From Candidatus Bathyarchaeota archaeon (GTDB taxonomy: Archaea > Thermoproteota > Bathyarchaeia > Bathyarchaeales > Bathycorpusculaceae): a stretch of 64,000 nucleotides of DNA. The first letter of the stretch is position 1. Each line of letters starts with the position of its first letter. The stretch is taken from positions 128,001 through 192,000 of the forward strand of contig CAVRFW010000009.1 in assembly GCA_963720565.1 (NCBI GenBank). The letters are read 5' to 3'. Under the pieces are notes generated by a model. It was not told where the DNA came from. It was given only the letters and a program-made list of their open reading frames with translations, and searched no databases. A program made the position numbers and the translations under genes. Below are positions 50,747-59,117 of this stretch, piece after piece.

Positions 50747-51021
50747 CTTACTAGGAAATTTGCGCGTGCGCTTGAGCAGAAAAGTTTTTCACCTCAATGA
50801 TAATCATTCTATAGAGATGTGATTTGAATGGAAAAGAAATGTCCTGTCTGCAAAAAAGTATTCACAACTTTTGACAGCAAGAAGAAATACTGTAGCGATC
50901 AATGCTCCAAGAAAGCCAATAGAAAGTAAAGGAGCGAAAACGGGGGACAACGCCCGGAAAAGTCGCTGGAAGCTTCCTAAGCGGAATTTAGCTCGCAATC
51001 CTATCTTGCAAGTAGCCTGGG

Positions 51022-52341
51022 TTACGTGTTCACTTGACTGCTTAAGGGCTGAATGTTTGCGACCTCTCCGGTATCTGCCCAGATTCCAACCGTTATGCTG
51101 TTGACTCCGCCTGGGTATACCTTGTCAAGATACAGCGTGATGTACCAATAGGGTACCAAGGTCAACGGTATATTTCTGGGGTGAGGATAGAACACTGCCG
51201 AAACCGGTTCAGTTTGTACGGTAAAATCGGATACAGTTGCTCCGTCAGCGGTCCATTCAAAGTTTTGGGCGGCGTTTCTCGCAATTTGTATAGCTTCTTG
51301 TTCAGAAATATTCATTTGGGCGTCGCTAACCGCAAAGAGGAACCAGTCATCACTCAGTTCTTTGAGCACGTTACTTTGAAACAACATGCGCAAGCTTTTG
51401 GCTGAATAGTTATGCTCGTTCGAAATGTACGTTAGCAAGAGTTCTACGTTGTCTCCGTAAGCCGTCATTTTCAACTTGATATTGCCCAAAGTTTGTTCAT
51501 TGCTGGTTTCGTTGGCTGAAGCCAGCAGCCTACTCATTTCTTCCAAGTAAGTCTCACCTGAACTAGCACCGTATCTGTCAATTAGACTCTTGGCCGCCTC
51601 CAGCACATTAGCTGATTGGGGCTGAACGTAGATTGGGGCGAAGGGCGGTATGCCTTCAACCAAGGACAGTTGAAAGAGGGAAAAGTGGTTGTTTCTAAAC
51701 CTCAGAACCAGGTCGATGTAGCTTTTTTCGTTTCTAAGAGAATACCTCAGTATCTCCTCGCCGATGTGGCCCATATCTGAACGGTTCCCCGAAGTAACGC
51801 TTAGCAAGGTTGTTTCATACTTCGTGGTGTCAATCTGAGCCACGTCCCTAATAATTATCATAGCCCTCTCCGCGGAGCTCCACGGAAGTATTTGCTGATT
51901 CTGGGCCTTCAATTTCTCATATTCGTCCTCCAAAAATTCGTAGTCCTTAGACAACTGGCTAAGAGAAGCGAACTGAACAACAGAGATGCTTGCGAAAAGA
52001 ATCATGCCAACCAAGGAAAACGCAACAATTGCCCTCCACCTCAAAGGCAAAGACCTGAACTTCTTTGCCTGAATGCTAGGAATCTCTTCTGCACCCTTCA
52101 TAATGGAAACAGAGGATTCTCCAACACTTGACAGCTTGTATTTTCCATCCTCCGTCTTAACTATGAATTCCCCAAGATTTTCAAGATGATAAGTCAAATG
52201 GGAACCTGGAATTCCCAGTTCCTCAAGCATCTGCGAGAAGGTCATTGGGTTTTCGGAGAGCATTCTCAGGATCTTGCGACGCGCCGGATGCCGCAAGGAA
52301 CCAAACATGGCCGAGTACGCATCTTCCGCTGAACTTGCCAT
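51022..52341 (-). CDS. Membrane-anchored regulator: ArsR-like wHTH, TM, coiled coil, large external domain
   Basis: SLRHPARRKIL, HLTYHLENL; one TM near residues 105-125. Confidence 0.8.
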   Translation of the reverse strand: MASSAEDAYSAMFGSLRHPARRKILRMLSENPMTFSQMLEELGIPGSHLTYHLENLGEFIVKTEDGKYKLSSVGESSVSIMKGAEEIPSIQAKKFRSLPLRWRAIVAFSLVGMILFASISVVQFASLSQLSKDYEFLEDEYEKLKAQNQQILPWSSAERAMIIIRDVAQIDTTKYETTLLSVTSGNRSDMGHIGEEILRYSLRNEKSYIDLVLRFRNNHFSLFQLSLVEGIPPFAPIYVQPQSANVLEAAKSLIDRYGASSGETYLEEMSRLLASANETSNEQTLGNIKLKMTAYGDNVELLLTYISNEHNYSAKSLRMLFQSNVLKELSDDWFLFAVSDAQMNISEQEAIQIARNAAQNFEWTADGATVSDFTVQTEPVSAVFYPHPRNIPLTLVPYWYITLYLDKVYPGGVNSITVGIWADTGEVANIQPLSSQVNT

Positions 52342-52472
52342 TCCTACCCACCAACTAATACTCTATACTAATAGAATACGTTTACAATTAGAACTTAACT
52401 GGTGAACGGGTATTTTTAGCTAGTCATAACGTGTTAGTCAAGAAATATTGACCAAAAATTGATGATACTTTT

Positions 52473-52489
52473 TTTCTTGAGTCAAGAAA
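52473..52489. promoter_or_regulatory. Perfect palindrome TTTCTTGA-G-TCAAGAAA
   Basis: Lies in the divergent intergenic region; related GTCAA-N6-TTGAC at 52437-52452. Confidence 0.5.
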
Positions 52490-52562
52490 CCTTTACAAAA
52501 ACGGTTTTATCCCAAAATACCCCTAGATTAACTTGCGCTTTCAAACACAGGTGTGATCAAAC

Positions 52563-52934
52563 GTGAAAAGTGCAAGTCACCAAATCCAAAATCTTGTTGC
52601 CAATCCCTACACAACGTTTGACCCTAAAGTGAAATGCGTTCTTGTGGCAATATACAATAACGAAGGAAAGACCATCCTGCAGCCTCTCACAACAAAACAG
52701 GAACTAGAAACAATCCAAGACCTGTTTCAGAACAAAACATTGGAAGTATGGTTATCCAACGGTGAAACAAGCATGGCACAATTTGATGTTGCCAAACTGA
52801 AGTATAAGCAAATGCAGCAGCCCTTCGCAAATTGCCAAAGAGCAAAAACTCGAGTAAGTTTAGAGAATGCCAACTCCTATGAACAACGACCCTTAGGCCT
52901 CAGTTCAGGTGAAATTACAGATGAAAAGTGTTGA
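52563..52934 (+). CDS. Hypothetical protein
   Basis: AGGTG upstream; overlaps the rSAM start. Confidence 0.6.
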   Translation: MKSASHQIQNLVANPYTTFDPKVKCVLVAIYNNEGKTILQPLTTKQELETIQDLFQNKTLEVWLSNGETSMAQFDVAKLKYKQMQQPFANCQRAKTRVSLENANSYEQRPLGLSSGEITDEKC

Positions 52935-54027
52935 AACAACAATTTCAGTTGAAGATCTGGTACGCCCACCTATGACCAGCAAAGCGCCATTATACATGGT
53001 GACATGGCGATGCACAAGAAAATGCGTCGGCAACTGCCTGTACTGCAGCTACACGCCTCCAGTGAAACCAGAAGACGAGGAAGTCAACACCAAAACAGGC
53101 TACAAGATCGTCGACGAAATCTACGATTTTGGGTCGCCTTGGTTTGGAATAAGCGGCGGAGAACCCCTGGTACGCCAGGACATTTTTGACATTATAGAAT
53201 ACGCGAAAGCAACAGGATTTGAAGTCAGCCTAATAACAAGCGGATTCGCCTTTGACCAAAAACGACTCGACAAACTCGTGCGAAACGAAGTTCACACCGC
53301 AGTCAGCATTGACGGCACAAGAGAATCAAACGACAAAATCAGAGGCAGAGGAAGCTACGACAAAGCCCTTTTCGCGATGAAGAAACTCAACGAAAACGGT
53401 ATACTAGACTGCATAGTAACTACCATGACCAAGTACAACATCAAGGACATGGAACATCCGGCAAAACTAGCAGAAGAATTCGGGGCAAGAATGGTCGTTT
53501 ACCACAACCTTGTCCCCGTAGGCAGGGCAGGCACCAACATGCCGGACTTGGCACCCACGCCAGAAGAGTACGAGGCCGCATTCAACCAAATATACGACCT
53601 GCAGGTAGCCTACTCTGGAAAACTAAAAGTCAACGTTTACGCGCCCTTCTACGCAAGAATAGTACGCCAAAGAAACCCAGTAGACTTTTGGGATTGGTTC
53701 CAAAAAGGTTATCTGGGAAAATGCACTATCGGAGGAAACTACATCAGCATAACCGAAAACGGCGATTACAGGTCATGCGGATTCCACGAAGGATACAGAC
53801 TCGGAAACGTAAAGAACAAGAAACTAACGAAAACCTGGAACGAACTCCAGCACTCGGAATTCCACCTCAAACTAAGAGACAAAAGCAACCTCAAGGGCAA
53901 ATGCGGAGTCTGCGAATACCGCGAAATCTGCGGCGGCTGCAGAACCCGCTCAGAATACTACACCGGCGACCTGCTTGAATCCGACCCAGCCTGCGCCTAC
54001 ATACCTAAAGTGCTTCGAGAAGCATAA
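52909..54027 (+). CDS. Radical SAM/SPASM protein (NirJ/Ahb-like or peptide maturase)
   Basis: CVGNCLYC, SGGEPL, KCTIG..RSC, CGVC..CGGCR..DPAC. Confidence 0.9.
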   Translation: MKLQMKSVETTISVEDLVRPPMTSKAPLYMVTWRCTRKCVGNCLYCSYTPPVKPEDEEVNTKTGYKIVDEIYDFGSPWFGISGGEPLVRQDIFDIIEYAKATGFEVSLITSGFAFDQKRLDKLVRNEVHTAVSIDGTRESNDKIRGRGSYDKALFAMKKLNENGILDCIVTTMTKYNIKDMEHPAKLAEEFGARMVVYHNLVPVGRAGTNMPDLAPTPEEYEAAFNQIYDLQVAYSGKLKVNVYAPFYARIVRQRNPVDFWDWFQKGYLGKCTIGGNYISITENGDYRSCGFHEGYRLGNVKNKKLTKTWNELQHSEFHLKLRDKSNLKGKCGVCEYREICGGCRTRSEYYTGDLLESDPACAYIPKVLREA

Positions 54028-54201
54028 GAGTAGAACAAGCAAAAGCATTCGCCTCCCCATTCTGAACAGATCGAAAACCAGTATTACTTATTTTCTTTCC
54101 TGCATTTCAGGCGCTTTGCCCGCTTGTTCTAAAACATATCGAAAAACATATGAGACGTTTAAAACAACTTAAGCATACTATAGGCATAAGAAAACACGTT
54201 A

Positions 54202-54792
54202 ATGAAGATTGGTGAAAAAATGAGTAATACATCTCCGAAAAAGAGTCTAATTGATGAGCTGCCAGGCGGCGTGAAAAAAAACCTTTCGCCGGGAGAAGAA
54301 ATAGTCCGCTACCTCAAAACCTTCGAAGTAACTCAAAAACCAGACTATATCATACTCACAAACCAACGCTTAGTCTATTTCGATGAAAAACACTTAGGCC
54401 GTTACGCTTTCAAATCCATACCCCTCCAAAAACTACTCCAAATAAAAGCCCACAAAGGCGCAATAATATGGGGAGAAATCTCATTCAAGAGCGAAGACGG
54501 CACCACGTTTGTTCTGGAGAGAGTTAACCGCCACGACCTAGAAGGCTTCATAGACGCATTAGAAGCCGCATATAACCGCATAGCGGTGGAGCCAGTATCA
54601 ATGAAACACGAAGGAGACCTCCTCGGCATGGCCGAATGGGAATACAACAAACCCGAAGAAACAGTTTTCAGACAACTCCCTACCGAGCAGCCAAAACCCG
54701 TTGAAGATCCACTACATGAACTAAAAATGAGGTTCATCAGAGGAGAAATATCCGAAGAGGAATACAAGGCCAAACTCCGCGTACTGCAATAA
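54202..54792 (+). CDS. PH-like domain protein with C-terminal SHOCT
   Basis: ILTNQRLVY; LKMRFIRGEISEEEY. Confidence 0.75.
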   Translation: MKIGEKMSNTSPKKSLIDELPGGVKKNLSPGEEIVRYLKTFEVTQKPDYIILTNQRLVYFDEKHLGRYAFKSIPLQKLLQIKAHKGAIIWGEISFKSEDGTTFVLERVNRHDLEGFIDALEAAYNRIAVEPVSMKHEGDLLGMAEWEYNKPEETVFRQLPTEQPKPVEDPLHELKMRFIRGEISEEEYKAKLRVLQ

Positions 54793-54945
54793 AATGAATT
54801 GCAGCCCCACCTAAAAGCTAAAAATGGAACATCGCGCAACTGCAATAGAAGCCCTATTCCATGCACCAAGCAACAAGCTAGCTGTGGAACAAGACTTAAG
54901 CAAAATGCGCAGCCACACCTATGCTTTTTTCTGAGAACACGCGGG

Positions 54946-55290
54946 CTATCTTACCATTCTCTTGTTATCTTGCGAACTATGTGACCGCCTGAACGCGGTT
55001 CGCATTTGCATTTTCTTGTATTCCTCATAAGTCCACACATTCTCCGGATACAACTGCTTGAATCGCCTGAAAGGCAATCTCATGTCAATCTCCATTTGCT
55101 CGCTGAATTGACCCGGAACGTACTTGCGCCTGACACTGGAATAGCCCTTCACAGCATATTTGCTCTTTGAGGTGCTAGGGTTTGCATTCTTGATATTGTT
55201 CAAGGCCACGGCAATCATAGCAATAACGATGATAAAGATGACAAAGCCGGGAAAGAGGAGAGTTAAGTCCATGTTGATCTCTCCCTTCAT
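54946..55290 (-). CDS. Single-TM hypothetical protein in the SPFH operon
   Basis: N-terminal TM; overlaps the SPFH stop. Confidence 0.65.
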   Translation of the reverse strand: MKGEINMDLTLLFPGFVIFIIVIAMIAVALNNIKNANPSTSKSKYAVKGYSSVRRKYVPGQFSEQMEIDMRLPFRRFKQLYPENVWTYEEYKKMQMRTAFRRSHSSQDNKRMVR

Positions 55291-56216
55291 TTGTTCGTCG
55301 TTTCTTCATCATTTTTAGTCTTTATTGGCAAGACGGTTGCGCCTTCAAGTCCGATGACGTTCAATATATCTGCAGACGCAGGAACAACAATCTTGGTTTG
55401 CTGGCTAAACGTGTCACGAACCACGTCAAGCCTCTTGTTCAGTTGCGCATTTTCTTTGAAGTATTGATTCGCTGCTTCCGAGACCGATTTGATTGCCTTA
55501 GCTTGTGCCTCAGCCACCAACTCCACTGCGCGCGCTTCCCCTTCAGCCTGCAATATTGCGGATTGTTTTGCTCCTTGCGCCTTAAGTATTGCACCTTGTT
55601 TTTCCTGTTCTGCCGCTTCTTTTCGCCCAGTAGCTAGCAAACGCAACTGGCGCCTTTCTTGTTCAGCTGTTTTCTGTTTGTGCATGGCTGTTTGTATATC
55701 CGATGGCGGGTCAATGCGCTGAAGTTCAATACGGTTCACTTTGGTACCCCACTTGTCAGTCGCTTGATCAAGCACACCTCGAAGTTCCACGTTTATTTTT
55801 TCTCTAGAAGTCAGGCATACATCAAGGGACATCTCACCTACGATGTTTCTCAGGGTTGTTTGTGCAAGTTTGACTATGGCTAGTTCGAAATCCTCTATTT
55901 CGTACAACGCTCTTTTCGCGTCCACAACTTGGTAGTATATCACCGCGTCTATAGTAACAACAACGTTATCTTCAGTGATAATCTCTTGCGGCGGTACATC
56001 TATCACCTGTTCACGCATGTTGACACGGTAAACTCTCTCTATGAAAGGCGTTATGAATCTCAGCCCAGGGTCAACGGTCTTCTTATAGGCATTGAATCTT
56101 TCCACCAAACCTTTTTCGTACTGATTGACTTTCTTAACTGACTGCGACAGCAAAATTAACACAACTATCGCAATCGCCAAACCAATTAATCCTATGGTAA
56201 TTTCTAACTGAAACAT
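55287..56216 (-). CDS. SPFH/stomatin (band 7) protein
   Basis: PPQEIITEDNV, AQTTLRNIVG, WGTKVNRIEL, AEGEA. Confidence 0.93.
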   Translation of the reverse strand: MFQLEITIGLIGLAIAIVVLILLSQSVKKVNQYEKGLVERFNAYKKTVDPGLRFITPFIERVYRVNMREQVIDVPPQEIITEDNVVVTIDAVIYYQVVDAKRALYEIEDFELAIVKLAQTTLRNIVGEMSLDVCLTSREKINVELRGVLDQATDKWGTKVNRIELQRIDPPSDIQTAMHKQKTAEQERRQLRLLATGRKEAAEQEKQGAILKAQGAKQSAILQAEGEARAVELVAEAQAKAIKSVSEAANQYFKENAQLNKRLDVVRDTFSQQTKIVVPASADILNVIGLEGATVLPIKTKNDEETTNK

Positions 56217-56668
56217 TCTTTCTCACCCACTCCCTCAACTATGAGGCTAACACCCTCTGTTCGAATCACTCTAACTCTTGAACCCTCCTTAACAATTTCC
56301 CCGTCCTCAGTCCGGGAAAGCCAAAGTTCTCCCATCAACTTGGTAACTCCGCCATCTAAAGAGTCAATATCGGTTTTCGCCAAAGCATCTTTGCCGACCA
56401 ACGCGTCAGCATTAGTACGGGTCAGACTAACGTTAAATGTGTCAAGTAAGCCACCTCCACGTAGCTCCTCAATCTTGTAGGTTGCGTCCTTAAGATGGTT
56501 AAAGCGCCGCACGAACTCGCCGAAGTCATCCCCGTTCAACTCCACTTCAAGCAGGAACCCTTTTGGTTTGCGGTTCAGCCTGTATGACATTCTGTATTTT
56601 TCCGCGAACTTTGAAAGCAATTGCGCGAGCTTTAATTCATCTCCTTCCACGGTCAGAGTGACTTTCAT
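56204..56668 (-). CDS. NfeD-like protein with a soluble N-terminal domain
   Basis: DALVGK..GELWLSR..GSRVRVIRTEGVSLIVE; upstream of SPFH. Confidence 0.8.
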   Translation of the reverse strand: MKVTLTVEGDELKLAQLLSKFAEKYRMSYRLNRKPKGFLLEVELNGDDFGEFVRRFNHLKDATYKIEELRGGGLLDTFNVSLTRTNADALVGKDALAKTDIDSLDGGVTKLMGELWLSRTEDGEIVKEGSRVRVIRTEGVSLIVEGVGEKECFS

Positions 56669-56932
56669 TGTTGCCCCATAATTACTATCATCAATTAGTA
56701 TATAAGGTTATTGTTAATCATCGACCTGTATTGAAACTCATCGACTTAAGAAATTTTTTTGACGTGCGCGCACATAGACGGAGATACAATGAGTAACAAA
56801 AGAAATGTTGTTTTGTAACTCAGCAATAACACAGTTGAAAGTGTCCGTCAATTGGGATTCAACTTGTCAAGAACCTTGGAAAACAATTCAGAAAGCTTAG
56901 TTTCACAGTTTTCAAAAGGTGAGAACGGACTT

Positions 56933-57038
56933 TGGTGCGGTCACCGGGATTTGAACCCGGGTCGTCAGCTTGGGAAGCTTTCACAGTGCTGAGCGAGTCA
57001 GTCACTTTGATGTTCTAACCAAACTATACCATGACCGC
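56933..57038 (-). tRNA. tRNA-Gly(CCC) with encoded CCA and a 29-nt intron (56979-57007) at position 29/30
   Basis: Acceptor GCGGTCA/TGACCGC, T arm CCGGG-TTCAAAT-CCCGG, spliced anticodon arm TCAGC-TTCCCAA-GCTGA. Confidence 0.93.
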
Positions 57039-57141
57039 AACTAAGCGCCACGTCATTTCGCTGTTAGAGTCTGAATTAGGTATATTTGTGTTTAGGCTCT
57101 TCTAGGCAGTGTTCTCTAAAGTAGTCTCTCTTGTCCTGGAG

Positions 57142-57612
57142 CTACTGTCGAACTTGCCTTCGGATTTTCAGCCTTGAACCAACGTATAGTCCGACCAAAC
57201 TTACGCCCATAATGATTAGTACGCTGAAAAACATGTTTCCTCGTCTAGACAAATCATAAAGAAACCATTCGGTTGTTGTCACCACAGTTCCATCAAACGA
57301 CCCCTTGGGCTTGTCTACTGCAAAAGGCACCCAGTCTGCAAGAGTAGGCTGAAACACCATAACTAGCAACTCATAGAATGCGCCAAGGACAATTATCCTC
57401 GACATAGCCTTTCTGCTCTCTTTTCGTATCTTTTCACCGAACAAGTAACCAACAATTAACATGCTGAGAAAGACAGCGATGAGCCCCGAACTGTAATAAG
57501 AATACATGAACACCCCCACGGTTTGAATCAACAATATCGACAAGGGAAACGCTATCAAAACCTGCAACACAGCATACAATGCCACAGAGGTTACGGTATC
57601 GCCAAACTTCAC
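57142..57612 (-). CDS. Membrane protein of unknown function
   Basis: Four TM segments; GGAGGTGA SD before the GTG at 57612. Confidence 0.7.
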   Translation of the reverse strand: MKFGDTVTSVALYAVLQVLIAFPLSILLIQTVGVFMYSYYSSGLIAVFLSMLIVGYLFGEKIRKESRKAMSRIIVLGAFYELLVMVFQPTLADWVPFAVDKPKGSFDGTVVTTTEWFLYDLSRRGNMFFSVLIIMGVSLVGLYVGSRLKIRRQVRQ

Positions 57613-57727
57613 TCGGTCACCTCCTGCAAAACAAAGAACTGAAAGAAAATATATCCCAAAAACCATTTATGACTTGCGGAAGATACCAACCCAACAAGAC
57701 AACAACCAAAACGGGGAAGAAACGCTC

Positions 57728-58808
57728 ATGACCAAACATTACACTTACACTGACGCTGGCGTTGACCGTGAACAACGCCATGAATCAAAAAAGGCACTCA
57801 AAAATCTGCAGGACACCTACAGGTTCAGCCGTTATGGACCAGTAATGCACCTCCCTTACAGCAACATTTTCCCTTTTTCACAAGACAACTACCTTGACCT
57901 AACAATCGAGGGAGTCGGAACCAAAGTTCTCCTAGCACAACTCGCAGGCAAATACGATACAATCGGCATTGACGCCGTCGCCATGGCTGTAAACGACGTC
58001 ATCCGTTCAGGCGCAACGCCACTAGCTATCTCAGACAACATACACGCTCAAGCCAGCAACCCGCAACTTGTAAAAGAATGGCTAGAAGGCATAACCCAAG
58101 GCGCCAAGGAATCAGAATGCCCAATCGTCAGCGGAGAAATCGGCGACGTAGCAGAAATACTTAAAGGGCATAGCGGAAGGTGCGGGATTCGACATGATAG
58201 TCGCCGCCATAGGACAAGTCACCAAACACAAAATAATCACCGGAAACGGCGTACAACCAGGCGATCCCATAATCGGCTTGCCAAGTTCAGGCCTACACAG
58301 CAACGGCATAACCCTGGCAAGAAAAATCCTCCTCAAACAATGGGGCGGAAAATATGAACCACAAGACACACCCGATACACTCGACAGAGAAATAATTTAC
58401 GAGATGCTCAAACCCACACGAATCTACGTCAAACCCGTACTCAAAGCTGCAGAAGCAGCCAGAATCAAAGCAGCCGTACACATAACCGGCGACGGCTACC
58501 TAAAATTCAACAACATCACAAACTTCTCGCCGGGAATAGGCTTCGAATTCAACAACTTCAAACCTCAACCAATCTTCAAACTAATCCAGAAAACCGCACT
58601 CGAGCTGGGATTCACCATAACCGACGAAGAAATGTTCAGAACATTCAACATGGGCTGGGGCTTCGCCATAATCGTAGACAAAACAGACAAAGAAAAAACA
58701 ATAAACGCTCTCGAAAAAGCAGACGCAAATCCGGAACAAATCGGAACAGTAACAAACACTCAAGAAATAAGAATATCTCATGAAAACATGAGATTATTTC
58801 TGAAATAA
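57728..58808 (+). CDS. purM: AIR synthetase, frameshift near 58165
   Basis: YTDAGVD, EGVGTK, VAMAVND, SSGLHSNG, HITG, MFRTFNMG. Confidence 0.93.
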
Positions 58809-58865
58809 CGCTTTGCAGTTTTACTGATGAAAGCGTTTAAATTCCCTGCACAAGCAATTTAGCCC

Positions 58866-59117
58866 ATGAAATACCGCGCAAAAATAGAAGTCAGCCTCAA
58901 ACCAGGCCACAGCGACCCTGAAGGGGAAACAACCTCAAGATTACTCAAAGAACTCGGCTACACCGTAGACTCCGTCAACGTAAGCAAAGTGTACGCCGTA
59001 ATTATTGAAAGCTACACTGCAGAGGATGCTAAGGCAAAAGCTGAGGAAATGGCAAAAAGACTTCTCGCAAACCCAACCAAAGACAATTATACAATCAGTG
59101 TTGGGGAGCTTAAATGA
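58866..59117 (+). CDS. purS: FGAM synthase subunit PurS
   Basis: LKPGHSDPEG, LLANP. Confidence 0.95.
   Translation: MKYRAKIEVSLKPGHSDPEGETTSRLLKELGYTVDSVNVSKVYAVIIESYTAEDAKAKAEEMAKRLLANPTKDNYTISVGELK

Noticed and set aside
50804..50998. 64-aa hydrophobic ORF downstream of the membrane-anchored regulator
   Set aside because: Possible, but it has no clear SD or motif and a competing opposite-strand ORF; not enough support.
13304..58808. Many split genes (moeA2, leuS, prenyltransferase, MFS, ccdA, ferredoxin, arsM, acr3, sufC, purM and others) as pseudogenes or programmed frameshifts
   Set aside because: They include essential leuS, the motifs are intact on both sides and I saw no common slippery sequence. 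Uncorrected long-read indels are the simplest explanation; read polishing would confirm.
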